64,000 nt of DNA from a bacterium (GTDB lineage: Bacteria > UBA8248). How positions within the stretch are numbered: position 1 is the stretch's first letter; every line of letters starts with the position of its first letter. Made by a program: the position numbers and the translations under genes. The notes under the pieces were generated by a model, which was given only the letters and a program-made list of their open reading frames with translations, ran no database searches and was not told the origin of the DNA. Shown piece by piece: positions 20,841-30,747 of this stretch. The DNA lies in assembly GCA_965213625.1 (NCBI GenBank), contig CBDBZU010000004.1, positions 3,616,001 through 3,680,000 of the forward strand, written 5' to 3'.

Positions 20841-21469
20841 CCTACACCTCACCCGTATGAATCAGGCGCCCGCTCCCGCGGGGTCGCCGAACCGCCCCGT
20901 TTCGGGGCCGGGCGATCCGGGCGGGCGGGTTCGCCGCGCGGGGAAACGCGGGCAATTGCGAGGCTGCGAAAAAACTTTTTAATTCGATAAATTTCTATAA
21001 ATCACTCATTATCTACTTTATATTATACCGGTTACCATTTGAATAAATATGAAATATAATTTTTCGTTCTGTCCGATAAATTCCCAGGAATTTATCGAAA
21101 AACCCCGTGAATTTATCTAATTTTATTGGAAATTGGATTATTTTTATTTCTCCGCCTGCTCCCGCGTCCATGAGCGCCACGGCCCAGACCGGGTGAAGAA
21201 CGCCGGGAGACGCCTCTGCCTTCACCCGAAACAGGGCCTTGGCGAACGGCATCACGCGGTGAAGAACGCGGACAGACGCCCTTAACCTCTCTCGAATACC
21301 CGATTCCATGAGAAAACCTCCTCTCGTCTCCGTCTCGATCCGCTAGCGGGGGAGCTCTCCCCCGCGCGGCGCGCACGATACACCGCTTCGGGGTTCGGGG
21401 GAGGACGGCAAATGCGCCCAAATGCGCGGACGCCCGGCCTCCTCGCCGAACCTCCCGCCCCCCCTTGTC

Positions 21470-21779
21470 AAGGTTGTTGAAAAAGCCCCGTCTGCGACCC
21501 CCGCAAACCACCAACACCTCTTTCCTCTACCTGAGTAGCGGCTACTCAGGATGAGGAGGAGGTTTCGCGCGGGTCGCCGATGAACGAATCGGTAGTAGGG
21601 ACAGGCCCCCGTACCTGTCAGCTACGGACGTGCGTAGTTATCCTTCGTCATTCCGGCCTTGAGCCGGAATGACGAGCAAAACCCCAAGCCGAGAAATGGC
21701 TCCCTCACCGCTGGCCCTCTCTCGACTCGAAAGGCAACCCCCCCTATCCCCTGACAAGGAGGCCTTATTCAACAGCCCC
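21470..21779. mobile_element. MITE-like non-autonomous element with IS1182-type ends
   Basis: Ends AAGGTTGTTGAAAAA ... TTATTCAACAGCCCC resemble the IS at 54611; TTGTC on both sides (21465-21469, 21780-21784); contains several palindromes. Confidence 0.7.
21595..21619 (+). repeat. GTAG-type REP-like palindrome
   Basis: GTAGGGACAGGCCCCCGTACCTGTC; near-identical copy on the minus strand at 60490-60515. Confidence 0.6.
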
Positions 21780-21898
21780 TTGTCGAAGCGCTTTCAGCGG
21801 TCCCCTGCGGCGGGGTGTTTTTCGTTCGTCTTTTTGCCCTTTCATCCCGGATTCGATAAGCTGGAAGTTCTCTATCCACCATTTGAGGAGAGAATCCG

Positions 21899-23491
21899 AT
21901 GGCGCAATTCGATGGTGTTGTGATCGGTGCGGGACATAATGGCCTGGTATGCGCGGCGTATCTCGCTCGGGCCGGGCTCAAAGTCGCCGTTCTGGATTGC
22001 GAGCCCGAAATCGGCGGCGGATCGAGCACCAAGGAATTCCTGCTGCCCGGCTACCAATCCAATATGCACGCGAATTTCTTCATCGGTCTCGATGATTTTC
22101 CAATCGTCAAAGACTTGGAATTGGACAAATACGGGTTCAACTGGCTCACGCCGGACGTGCAGCACGCCTCGCTGTATCGCGACGGCACGGCCATTCTGCT
22201 GCACCGGGACGCCGAGAAAAGCGCGGCATCCATTTCGAAATTTTCCAAGAAAGACGCCGAATCATACGTCTATCTCCACCGGCGATTCGCCGTGGAACTC
22301 GCCCCGCTCCTGCGCAGTTTTTTGTTTCATCCGCCCTTGCCTCCAGACGAAATCGTCTCCCGGATGGATAGCGATGCGGGACGGGAGATTTTGAGCTTTG
22401 CGAAGATGTCAATTTTCGAGGCTATCGAAACACATTTCGAGCATCCCAAAATGCGGGCCTTGTTCTTCTTATTCTCTCACGCCATCACTGTGGAGAACGC
22501 TCCAGGCACGGGCATTTTCCTCCCGAGTCTGTTTTCCACCCACACGACGCTCGGTCTTCCGGTGGGAGGCGCGATGCAACTGCCTCTGGCGCTCGAGCGC
22601 ATCGTCATCCAGAACGGAGGCGTTGTCTTGAGAAACAGTCATGTGCGCGAGGTGATACGGGAAAACGGACGCGCAACGGGCGTCATGCTCGAAGGCGGGG
22701 AGAAGATGATGGCGACTCAATTTGTCGCCTCAAGCCTCAATGCGCCGGCATCCATTAAGATGGCCGGAGAAGACGCCTTCCCCGATGAGGTGAACGAAAA
22801 GGTGCGAAACTGGGATTGGGGTTTCCACTCTCTGAGTACGTTGCATCTCGCTCTGGCCGAAATCCCGCGGTATACCGCTGAGAGCTTCGACCCCGACGTA
22901 GGCAGGGCCTACAACATCATCTTCGGCGCGGACTCCGGCGAGGAGATGGCCGAAAATACCGAAGAACGCAAAAACGGCTTAATTCCCTCACGCCCTATGG
23001 GCAACGGCTCATGCAACAGCCAGCACGACCCCTCCTATGCGCCTCAAGGCGGCCACGTGGCGTTCTGGTGGCCGGGCGCGCCCTATGAACTCAAAGACGG
23101 CGGCCCCCGGAAGTGGGATGAAATAAAAGAGGAATACACCGAACGCCTCGTAGACGTGTGGCGCGGCTACGCCCCGAATCTCACGCCGGACAACGTACGT
23201 GCGGCGAAACTCTACACACCGCTCGATGTGGAGCGCGGAAACAAGAACATGGTCCGGGGCGGCGTTCGCATGGGGGCGTATATTCCCGAACAGTTGGGGA
23301 TCAACAGGCCCCACCCGCTGCTCTCCGGAATGCGGACGCCGCTGGAAGGGTTCTATCTGTGCAGTTCGAGTTGCCAGGGGGGTGGTTTGAACGGGGCGCC
23401 CGGCTACAACGCCGCCGGCGTCATCGCGGAAGATCTCGGTGTGGCGAAATGGTGGGAGCCGCTTCCTGCGCCCGCGGCGCCCGCAGGCTAA
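21899..23491 (+). CDS. FAD-dependent oxidoreductase, phytoene dehydrogenase-like (PYROXD2-type)
   Basis: IGAGHNGLVCAAYLARAG, PVGG, YAPN, TPLD, GFYLC, GAPGYNAA; GAGGAG RBS. Confidence 0.88.
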   Translation: MAQFDGVVIGAGHNGLVCAAYLARAGLKVAVLDCEPEIGGGSSTKEFLLPGYQSNMHANFFIGLDDFPIVKDLELDKYGFNWLTPDVQHASLYRDGTAILLHRDAEKSAASISKFSKKDAESYVYLHRRFAVELAPLLRSFLFHPPLPPDEIVSRMDSDAGREILSFAKMSIFEAIETHFEHPKMRALFFLFSHAITVENAPGTGIFLPSLFSTHTTLGLPVGGAMQLPLALERIVIQNGGVVLRNSHVREVIRENGRATGVMLEGGEKMMATQFVASSLNAPASIKMAGEDAFPDEVNEKVRNWDWGFHSLSTLHLALAEIPRYTAESFDPDVGRAYNIIFGADSGEEMAENTEERKNGLIPSRPMGNGSCNSQHDPSYAPQGGHVAFWWPGAPYELKDGGPRKWDEIKEEYTERLVDVWRGYAPNLTPDNVRAAKLYTPLDVERGNKNMVRGGVRMGAYIPEQLGINRPHPLLSGMRTPLEGFYLCSSSCQGGGLNGAPGYNAAGVIAEDLGVAKWWEPLPAPAAPAG

Positions 23492-23889
23492 GTCTCCGCT
23501 CCGGGGATCATCACCACTGCTTCGATTTCGACGATGTCTTCCTGATTCAACCGGCTCACTTCCACAATGGTGCGCGTGGGTAGGTTCGGCCCGAAGTATT
23601 CCTCATACAGCCGGTTGATGGTCGGGCGGTGAGCATCCATATCCCTCACATAAACGACGGTGGAAACAAAAGTGGCGAGCGACCCGCCCCCCGCCTCCGC
23701 AATGGCTTTTAAGTTCTCGAAAGTTCTCCTGGCGCGCGCCTCTATGGTTCTCTCGACGAGTTCTCCTGATTCGGGGTCGATGCCGCGCTGGCCTGCGATG
23801 AACAACAGATTCCCCACGCGGCGCGCCTGAACGAAGGGCCCTGTGGGTGAAGGGGCCTGGCTTGTCTGAATGGTTTGAGGCGACTCCAA
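23488..23889 (-). CDS. RidA/YjgF/UK114 family protein
   Basis: AP.PTGPF.QA, LFIAGQ, FENLKAI, PTRTIVEV, VEIEAV; TTG start after GGGGGA. Confidence 0.9.
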   Translation of the reverse strand: MESPQTIQTSQAPSPTGPFVQARRVGNLLFIAGQRGIDPESGELVERTIEARARRTFENLKAIAEAGGGSLATFVSTVVYVRDMDAHRPTINRLYEEYFGPNLPTRTIVEVSRLNQEDIVEIEAVVMIPGAET

Positions 23890-23954
23890 AGCGTCCCCCC
23901 GGTTGGCAAGCAGGGAAAAAGCTGCCCGATTGGCATTCCTGCCGTTCGTCGTCG

Positions 23955-24179
23955 CTATTTTTTCTTGCCTTTTGGCAATTCCGCCGGAAAAGCGATTTTG
24001 AGCCATTGCTGCGTCAGAATGGTCGCGGCGTTCTCATCTTTTCCAGGAATAAACGCGATGGGTTCTTTGGGCTGAGCGCCATCCTGCTCGAGCATATAAA
24101 CATCGACGCCAAACCCATACAGATCATGTTCTCGGGTTTCGAGGTTGTATTTCACCCCATTGTTCGTCAATTGATTCAT
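23955..24179 (-). CDS. Small hypothetical protein (74 aa)
   Basis: AAAGGA RBS, protein-like composition, fills the gap upstream of the RidA gene. Confidence 0.6.
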   Translation of the reverse strand: MNQLTNNGVKYNLETREHDLYGFGVDVYMLEQDGAQPKEPIAFIPGKDENAATILTQQWLKIAFPAELPKGKKK

Positions 24180-24338
24180 CTGGGACTATCCTTTCAAGTT
24201 CGCTGGCGAAATATCGACGATGAGGGTTTCTACTGCCGTTATAATAGCCGATGGCTGGAACCCGCGTAAAGTTTGGAGGCCGTCTCAAACACATCTGTTC
24301 TTGACCCTGTTTGGGGCCTATGATAAACGCAAAACCCT

Positions 24339-24413
24339 GGGCCGTTAGCTCAGTGGCAGAGCGCTGCCTTCACACGGCAGAAGTCACTGGTTCAAATCCA
24401 GTACGGCCCACCA
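24339..24413 (+). tRNA. tRNA-Val (CAC)
   Basis: Acceptor GGGCCGT/ACGGCCC, anticodon arm CTGCC-TTCACAC-GGCAG, TTCAAAT T-loop, encoded CCA. Confidence 0.97.
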
Positions 24414-24453
24414 TTTTTTATTTCGTACAGCAATCAACGGAAACCGACTGTTC

Positions 24454-25506
24454 CTAAATATCGATACCGGCCAGAAGTGCTCCCATCTCTATTTTTCTTC
24501 CCTCCTCCGCCGAGCGGCACGAACCCTCCACCAAGGCGAGGGCATGAACGGCCTCCCGTGGACCTGTTTCGGGCGCAACGCCAGTGCGGGCGCAATCTGC
24601 GAATTCCTCCACCTCGTCGAGTATCATGTCCGCCATTTCGGGAACGGGCACGTCCGTCCAGCCGGCCTCGCCCGCATTTTGAATCGCCAGTGTCGTCTCA
24701 TCATTCGTCCGGTGGGCCAGTGTGATGTTCTCGCGAACCATTTCGAGAGAGACTACAGCCTTCGTGCCGTGCAGCTTGAGCGTGAATACGCCCGGCGTCA
24801 CGAAACTCGTCATCAGGGTCGAGACGGGGCCTCCTTCGTGTTCGGTGATTGTCATGGTAACGTCGTCTATCTCAGCAGGCGTGACAAGCTTTTTATGCAC
24901 CCCGGTAACGCTTACGGGCTCGCCCAACAGGTAGTTCAGCGTGTCACAGTGGTGAATCCCCATCTGCATGAGAGGGCCGCCCGGACACTCGTCTCTAAAA
25001 TAACGCCACCTGTCAGGAGTGAAAAACTGGCCCATGTGATTTGAAAACACCGCCTCCGCCCATAGTGGTTTGCCGATGGTTCCATCTTCAATCAGCGCAC
25101 GGATTTTCCTATGCCCCGCAGCGCGACGGTAGCAATGCCCCACCGCCAAGGTCTTGCCGGACGCTCGCCAGGCTTTGAGCACCTCTGGCGCTTCGGCCAA
25201 AACGTTCGTTATCGGTTTCTCCACCCAGACGTGTTTGCCCGCTTCGAGCGCGGCTATGATTTGGGCCGCATGCACCTTGTTCGGCGTAGTGAGGAGTATC
25301 CCCTCCACGTCGGGATTCTCCAGTATCGCCTCATAGCTGGTCGCCGCCTCACATCCGTACTCTTCTGCGAATGAGGCGCGCTTTTCTTCGTTGCGCGTAT
25401 AGCAGGCAATTAAGTCTATCTTCTCGCTTCTGCGAAGGGCATCACCAATTGGTGTCGCCCACCACCCAAGGCCTACGAGGGCCGTTCTGAAATTTTCCCG
25501 AGACAT
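24454..25506 (-). CDS. Gfo/Idh/MocA family oxidoreductase
   Basis: VGLGWW, TPN..H, GKHVWVEKP, GIH..D. Confidence 0.9.
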   Translation of the reverse strand: MSRENFRTALVGLGWWATPIGDALRRSEKIDLIACYTRNEEKRASFAEEYGCEAATSYEAILENPDVEGILLTTPNKVHAAQIIAALEAGKHVWVEKPITNVLAEAPEVLKAWRASGKTLAVGHCYRRAAGHRKIRALIEDGTIGKPLWAEAVFSNHMGQFFTPDRWRYFRDECPGGPLMQMGIHHCDTLNYLLGEPVSVTGVHKKLVTPAEIDDVTMTITEHEGGPVSTLMTSFVTPGVFTLKLHGTKAVVSLEMVRENITLAHRTNDETTLAIQNAGEAGWTDVPVPEMADMILDEVEEFADCARTGVAPETGPREAVHALALVEGSCRSAEEGRKIEMGALLAGIDI

Positions 25507-25637
25507 ATAAAAAAACTCCCCGATCTGAAATATCTGGTTCCTGAGATTTTGGCTCCCTTGAGGATGAGTTCCCTCACATTAAACGCATCGACTACATATA
25601 CGCCACCAGACGGCTAGCGCGACCCTTCAGCTGCGCT

Positions 25638-28211
25638 TTACATCAAACTCATCGGGTCTACGTCCACCGCCAGACGGACAGAAGAAAAGAAAGCTTGCCC
25701 TTCGAATTCAGCCGCCAGAGATTTGAGCGCTTCACCCAGGCGCTTCGACCCTTTGGCCTTCAAAATCATGTGATACCGCCAAACTCCGCGAATCCTCACG
25801 AGAGGCGCCGGCGCGGGACCCAGGTATTCGATTCTATCCGTATCAATGGCGCGTCCTGACGCCGCAGCGCCATGCCTACGCAAGTAAGACGCCACCCATT
25901 CACCAGCTTTCGCCGCCAAGTGCTTGTTCTTGGACTCGAAACGGAGTCTGGCCAATCGTCGATACGGCGGGTAGCCCATCCGCTCCCTCGCCAGAGCTTC
26001 CCGTTTATAGAATCCGGCGTAATCATGCGTCCGCGCGCACTGAACCGCAAAATGATCCGGCCTGAACGTCTGAATGATGACTTCACCGGGTAGATCGGCT
26101 CGGCCCGCCCGGCCGGCCACCTGGGTCAATAGCTGAAAAGTGCGCTCGCTCGCCCTGAAGTCGGGCAGATGAAGCCCGACGTCGGCCACCACGACGCCCA
26201 CGAGCGTCAGTTTCGGAAAATCATGGCCCTTCGCCACCATTTGCGTCCCGATGAGTATGTCGATCTCCCCGCATCGCATGGCGCCAAATATGCTCTCGTA
26301 TGCGCCTGACCGACGCACAATGTCTCGATCCAGACGCTGGACGCGAGCACCCGGGAATCGCGCTTTAACGGCCTGCTCGACGCGCTCGGTACCAACGCCG
26401 AAGTAACCCACCCGACCGCTGCGGCAGGAGGAGCAACTGTTCGGCGGATGCGCGCTGTAATCGCACCAATGGCACTGCACCCTGCCCCCGCCTTCCCGAT
26501 GAAAAGTCAGCGGGATGGAGCAATGAGGACACTGAAGCGCCTCACCACAATCGCGGCACAAGATGACCGAAGAGAAACCGCGCCGGTTCAGAAACAAAAG
26601 CGTCTGCTCACCTCGCTCCAGGCGTTCACCGATAGCCGCCGCCAAATCGCGCGTGAGAAGCTCGGGCGTCTTGGGGTCGGAACCGGCTTCTTTTCTCAAA
26701 TCCACCAGGCGCACCTGCGGCAATGTCCCCCCCGTTGGCCGGTGCGACAACAAGCGCAGGCGGTAGCGGCCGCTTCTGGCGCTCGTATAGCTTTCAATCG
26801 ATGGCGTTGCGGAACCCAACACGACCGGTATTCCCAGATTCCTGGCGCGCACGATTCCGGTATCCCGCGCATGGTAGCGAGGGGATTCCTCCTGTTTGTA
26901 GGAGCCGTCGTGCTCCTCATCCACCGCGATCATCCCCAGATTTGGAATCGGGGCAAAAACGGCGGACCTCGTGCCCACTACAATGGGCGCATCCCCGTTC
27001 TTGATGCGCCGCCATTCCGATAGGCGTTTTTTGTCGGAATACGCACTGTGCAGACAGGCCACCGAATGCCCGAAGCGCTCCTGAAACCGCCCTAGAAGCT
27101 GGGGAGTCAGGCCAATTTCCGGGACCAGAATCAACGCGCCCAGCCCGTTTTCCAAGGCTTTTTGCGCAAGCTGGATGTAGACTTCCGTTTTTCCGCTTCC
27201 CGTGACGCCGTGAAGAAGCGTGACCGAAAAATTCTTTTGTTCAATGTCCGTTTTCACCAGTTCATACGATTCTTTCTGCTCATCGGTCAGACCCATAGAG
27301 GGCGCGATCGGACTTGGACTCGGCTCTTTCATATCCTCCGCGTCAGGGAGGAGGCCTTCTTCTACCTCGACCCATCCTTTTTTCTCCAAAGCCGCGCAAG
27401 CGGCGCGTGCGCCTTTCGAGAGGATTTCCAGCTCCCCCAGACGCATCCGCTTATCTTGCGCTCGATCCAACAGGCGCAGGATTTCCGCCTGCCGCTTCGC
27501 GCGTTTTTCCAAATTCCTGAGATCATCTTCTTCGGGCTTCCTGCAAAGGCGAACGAATTTGGCCTTCCGCTGTTTAGAACCACCTACGGCGTCGACGATT
27601 TTCTCCACGAAGCCCGCATCGACCAGACGCATGAGTTCCGGGCGCGTTCCGCGCCCGAACGACGCCGTAAGAGAATGAAGAGTCCGAGGACCCTTGCGAA
27701 GCGCAACCAGAATGCGCGCTTTGTGGCTTCCCTTTCCATCCGAGGGTTTAAGGCCGGGTAGACTCAGGCCGCCTTCTTCGAACGCAGCCTCAAGCCGACC
27801 CGCCTCACTCAGCCGATAACGCTCTACCGTTTTCTTCTCCTTGTGGGACGGCAACGCGAATTTAAGCGCCTCCCCCCAGCCGCAACAATAATATTCCGCC
27901 ACCCATCCGGTGAGTTCCAATAGCTCGGGCGTGAGCAACGGCTCGTCGTCAATCATCTCCAGAACGGATTTAATTGAGCTGGGCTCGACTCCGGGGGGCG
28001 GGTTCTCGCCCGGCGGCTGGATGACATATCCCGTCACCTTCCGATTACCCAGCGGCACCAGCACGCGCAGCCCGGGTGCCAGCCTCTCCGAGAACTCATG
28101 CTCTACCCGGTAGGTGAGCGGATTTAGCTGGGGAACGCTGAGCGCGACTTCGACATACCAGTTCCCCTGTTCATGCGCTCGCGCGGCCTCTTTTTTGATG
28201 ACGTATTTCAC
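25638..28211 (-). CDS. priA: Primosomal protein N' (replication restart helicase)
   Basis: GVTGSGKTEVY, LVPEIGLTPQ, DEEHDGSYKQ, LNRRG, four CxxC, GTQMVAKGHDF, QVAGRAGR, VDVDP; GTG start overlaps upstream stop. Confidence 0.96.
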   Translation of the reverse strand: MKYVIKKEAARAHEQGNWYVEVALSVPQLNPLTYRVEHEFSERLAPGLRVLVPLGNRKVTGYVIQPPGENPPPGVEPSSIKSVLEMIDDEPLLTPELLELTGWVAEYYCCGWGEALKFALPSHKEKKTVERYRLSEAGRLEAAFEEGGLSLPGLKPSDGKGSHKARILVALRKGPRTLHSLTASFGRGTRPELMRLVDAGFVEKIVDAVGGSKQRKAKFVRLCRKPEEDDLRNLEKRAKRQAEILRLLDRAQDKRMRLGELEILSKGARAACAALEKKGWVEVEEGLLPDAEDMKEPSPSPIAPSMGLTDEQKESYELVKTDIEQKNFSVTLLHGVTGSGKTEVYIQLAQKALENGLGALILVPEIGLTPQLLGRFQERFGHSVACLHSAYSDKKRLSEWRRIKNGDAPIVVGTRSAVFAPIPNLGMIAVDEEHDGSYKQEESPRYHARDTGIVRARNLGIPVVLGSATPSIESYTSARSGRYRLRLLSHRPTGGTLPQVRLVDLRKEAGSDPKTPELLTRDLAAAIGERLERGEQTLLFLNRRGFSSVILCRDCGEALQCPHCSIPLTFHREGGGRVQCHWCDYSAHPPNSCSSCRSGRVGYFGVGTERVEQAVKARFPGARVQRLDRDIVRRSGAYESIFGAMRCGEIDILIGTQMVAKGHDFPKLTLVGVVVADVGLHLPDFRASERTFQLLTQVAGRAGRADLPGEVIIQTFRPDHFAVQCARTHDYAGFYKREALARERMGYPPYRRLARLRFESKNKHLAAKAGEWVASYLRRHGAAASGRAIDTDRIEYLGPAPAPLVRIRGVWRYHMILKAKGSKRLGEALKSLAAEFEGQAFFSSVRLAVDVDPMSLM

Positions 28212-29176
28212 GGACGAGGCGTCCCGCCGCTGAGGATGATACCGAGGTGCTCGCTGGTAAGATTGCGCCCGCTCAGGATTGCGGCGACTCGCTTGTCCTT
28301 CAGGTCCATTTTCATGGCGGCAGCCGTCGGGGCGGCGCCTGCGCCCTCGGCGATAACGTGTACTTCGGAAACGAGCAGGCGAATGGCGTCGCACATCTCC
28401 TCTTCGCTCACGGTCACGATTTCATCCACGTATCGTTTGATCATCGAAAATGTCAGTTCGAAAGGCACCCGCGTAGCAAGCCCGTCAGCGAAGGTGTCCG
28501 CTGAGGGCTGGGGCAGCAATTCCCCTGCATAGAAGCTTTTGTAGAAGGCGGGGGCGTTTTCCGCCTGGACCCCCACAACGTGGATATTGGGGTTGACCTG
28601 TTTGGCGACGAGGCCTGCGCCGCACAAGCCGCTCCCCCCGCCGAGGGGGACGATGAGCACCTCGATATCCGGCTCAGTATCCATGATCTCGAGCGTCTGG
28701 GTAGCCACGCCCGCGATGAGGCGCGGCTCATTGGCTGAGTGAACGTAGCGCATACCTCGTTCTTCGCATTGCTCCTCGCACCAAACCCTGGCGTCGTCGA
28801 AATCCTTGCCCACGAACGCGACTTCCGCTCCCAGCCTCTCGATGGCCGATATTTTATCCGCATTCGCTCCGTTCGGTGCCGCGATCAACGCTTTGACCCC
28901 GAAAATCCGCGCGGCATAGGCAATGGATTGACCATGGTTGCCGGTCGAGGCCGTAATGAGGCCCGCTTGTTTCTCTTCCGGCCCGAGTTGGGAGACCAGA
29001 TTCACGCCGCCGCGCACCTTGAACGCGCCGACGGGCTGCATGGACTCGTATTTGAGGAAATACCGGCACCCGATGCGTTCTGAAATTACAGGCACCTCGT
29101 GAAAGGGTGTGGGCTGCAAGTAGGCGGCGATGCGTTTTTGCGCCTCCAGAACATCGTCAAACGTGGGCTCGCGCAT
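28208..29176 (-). CDS. PLP-dependent threonine/serine dehydratase family protein
   Basis: GAFKVRGG, ASTGNHG, VPLGGGSG, ADGLA, EGAGA, LSGRN; no ACT domain. Confidence 0.9.
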   Translation of the reverse strand: MREPTFDDVLEAQKRIAAYLQPTPFHEVPVISERIGCRYFLKYESMQPVGAFKVRGGVNLVSQLGPEEKQAGLITASTGNHGQSIAYAARIFGVKALIAAPNGANADKISAIERLGAEVAFVGKDFDDARVWCEEQCEERGMRYVHSANEPRLIAGVATQTLEIMDTEPDIEVLIVPLGGGSGLCGAGLVAKQVNPNIHVVGVQAENAPAFYKSFYAGELLPQPSADTFADGLATRVPFELTFSMIKRYVDEIVTVSEEEMCDAIRLLVSEVHVIAEGAGAAPTAAAMKMDLKDKRVAAILSGRNLTSEHLGIILSGGTPRP

Positions 29177-29423
29177 GGTTCCTCCACAGGTGGGCGTATC
29201 ACATCCTCTTATATCAAAATATCCGTCCCGGAGAGTCCCCGAAAGGTAAGGAGTCCATAGTTTGCGCTATCCGCCTGAAAACCTGCGCATTACGCCCTCA
29301 TCACGAGGCGAAGGTGAATACGGAGTTCGGGCCGTTCCCCTTCAAGGACGTGGATGTTGACCCCTTTCTTTGCGCAACCTAGAATGCCTTGGTGCAAAAA
29401 ACTTTACACCGCCGTGGAGGGTC

Positions 29424-29756
29424 ATGATGAAAAGCGCCCTGGAATTAGCGATGGAGAAAACTTCCGCCATCGGCGAGCAAGCGCGCCTGGAACTGGAAAA
29501 ACTCTCTCCTGAGCAAAGGGACAAGATTGAGGAAATTAAAAAGGTATACGAGGGAAAAATCGCCGAGAAAGACGTTCTCCATCAGCAGGAATTGATGAAA
29601 ATGACGGGCGGCGCTCCCATCGAAGCCGTCGAGGCGCAATTGGAACCCGAGGCCAGAGAGGCGCTGGGCGCATTCCGCCAAAAATTCAGGGACGAGCGCG
29701 AGGCGCTCGAAGCGGAACGCGACGATAAGATTGAAGCCATCAAAAATGAAAGTTAA
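29424..29756 (+). CDS. Conserved hypothetical coiled-coil protein
   Basis: GGAGG RBS; MKSALELAMEK N-terminus; charged helical composition. Confidence 0.75.
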   Translation: MMKSALELAMEKTSAIGEQARLELEKLSPEQRDKIEEIKKVYEGKIAEKDVLHQQELMKMTGGAPIEAVEAQLEPEAREALGAFRQKFRDEREALEAERDDKIEAIKNES

Positions 29757-29762
29757 ACGCAC

Positions 29763-30734
29763 ATGAGCCGCGTTGCGATTGTCCGTTGCGAAGATTATGA
29801 GAAAGAGCGCGTGAACGACGCCGTAGCCGAGGCTCTAGAAGCCTTGGGCGGGGCCGCGCAATTCGCCTCCAAATCCGAAGAAATCCTCCTGAAACCCAAC
29901 ATCCTCAAAGGCGCGCCGCCCGAGAGTGCGCTGACGACCCATCCTGAAATACTCCGGGCGGTGGCGGAGCAGTTTCAGAATATGGCTACGCCGCCACGGA
30001 AAATATCCATGGGCGACAGCCCCGCCTGGGGAAGTCTCGCGAGTTGCGCCGAGCAAACCGGCTTGTCGAGGGTATGCGAAGAACTTAGGATTCCGCTCGT
30101 CACCTTCCGAAAGGGGGTGAAGGTTCCCAATCCCGATGGAGTCGTTTACGCGCACCTCACCATGGCGAAAGAGGCCATGGATGCGGACGGAATTATTAAT
30201 TTGCCGAAGCTCAAGACCCATTGCCAACTCTACATGACGGGCGCGGTCAAGAATCTCTTCGGCTGCGTAGCGGGAAAAAGAAAGGCGTGGTGGCATTTCA
30301 AGGCGGGAACTTTCGAGGATTACTTCCCGCTCATGCTCGTTGAAACGGCGCGTTTGCTCAAGACGAGGCTCTCCGTACTGGACGCTGTCTACGCGATGGA
30401 AGGCCAGGGACCCGCACAGGGAACTCCCCGCAACGTGGGTCTCATCATCGTGAGCGCCGATCCGGTGGCGCTCGATCGCGTCGCCTGCGAGGTCACGGGA
30501 CTCTCGCCCGAGAAACTCAGAACCCTGGAAGCCGCCCGCGTAACGGGCTTCGGCGAAACGGACCTGGAGAAAATAGAAATAGTGGGGCTGCCTCTTCAGG
30601 AAGCGAGCTTATCCCGTCCCCTGGTCGAGCCGAGGATGATACCGATAGGCTTCAGCATCCCGCGCGTCGTCAAGAGCACGCTGAAGCAGCAGTGGCTCAC
30701 GCGCGTGCGCGAACCCCTCCACAAAGTGTCGTGA
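29763..30734 (+). CDS. DUF362 domain protein
   Basis: LLKPN, TTHPE, GDSP, INLPKLKTH, TGAVKNLFG, MEG.GP, DPVALD. Confidence 0.9.
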   Translation: MSRVAIVRCEDYEKERVNDAVAEALEALGGAAQFASKSEEILLKPNILKGAPPESALTTHPEILRAVAEQFQNMATPPRKISMGDSPAWGSLASCAEQTGLSRVCEELRIPLVTFRKGVKVPNPDGVVYAHLTMAKEAMDADGIINLPKLKTHCQLYMTGAVKNLFGCVAGKRKAWWHFKAGTFEDYFPLMLVETARLLKTRLSVLDAVYAMEGQGPAQGTPRNVGLIIVSADPVALDRVACEVTGLSPEKLRTLEAARVTGFGETDLEKIEIVGLPLQEASLSRPLVEPRMIPIGFSIPRVVKSTLKQQWLTRVREPLHKVS

Positions 30735-30747
30735 ATTTCAGCTCAGA

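Noticed and set aside
20841-21898. CRISPR array or replication origin in the 1-kb intergenic region
   Set aside because: No regularly spaced direct repeats, no cas genes and no DnaA-box cluster.
21899-23491. Carotenoid or hopanoid pathway role for the phytoene dehydrogenase-like gene
   Set aside because: It is not in the hpn operon and belongs to a broad family of unknown specificity.
28212-28394. Arg-rich N-terminal extension of PriA
   Set aside because: It overlaps the dehydratase gene; GTG at 28211 is the more plausible start.
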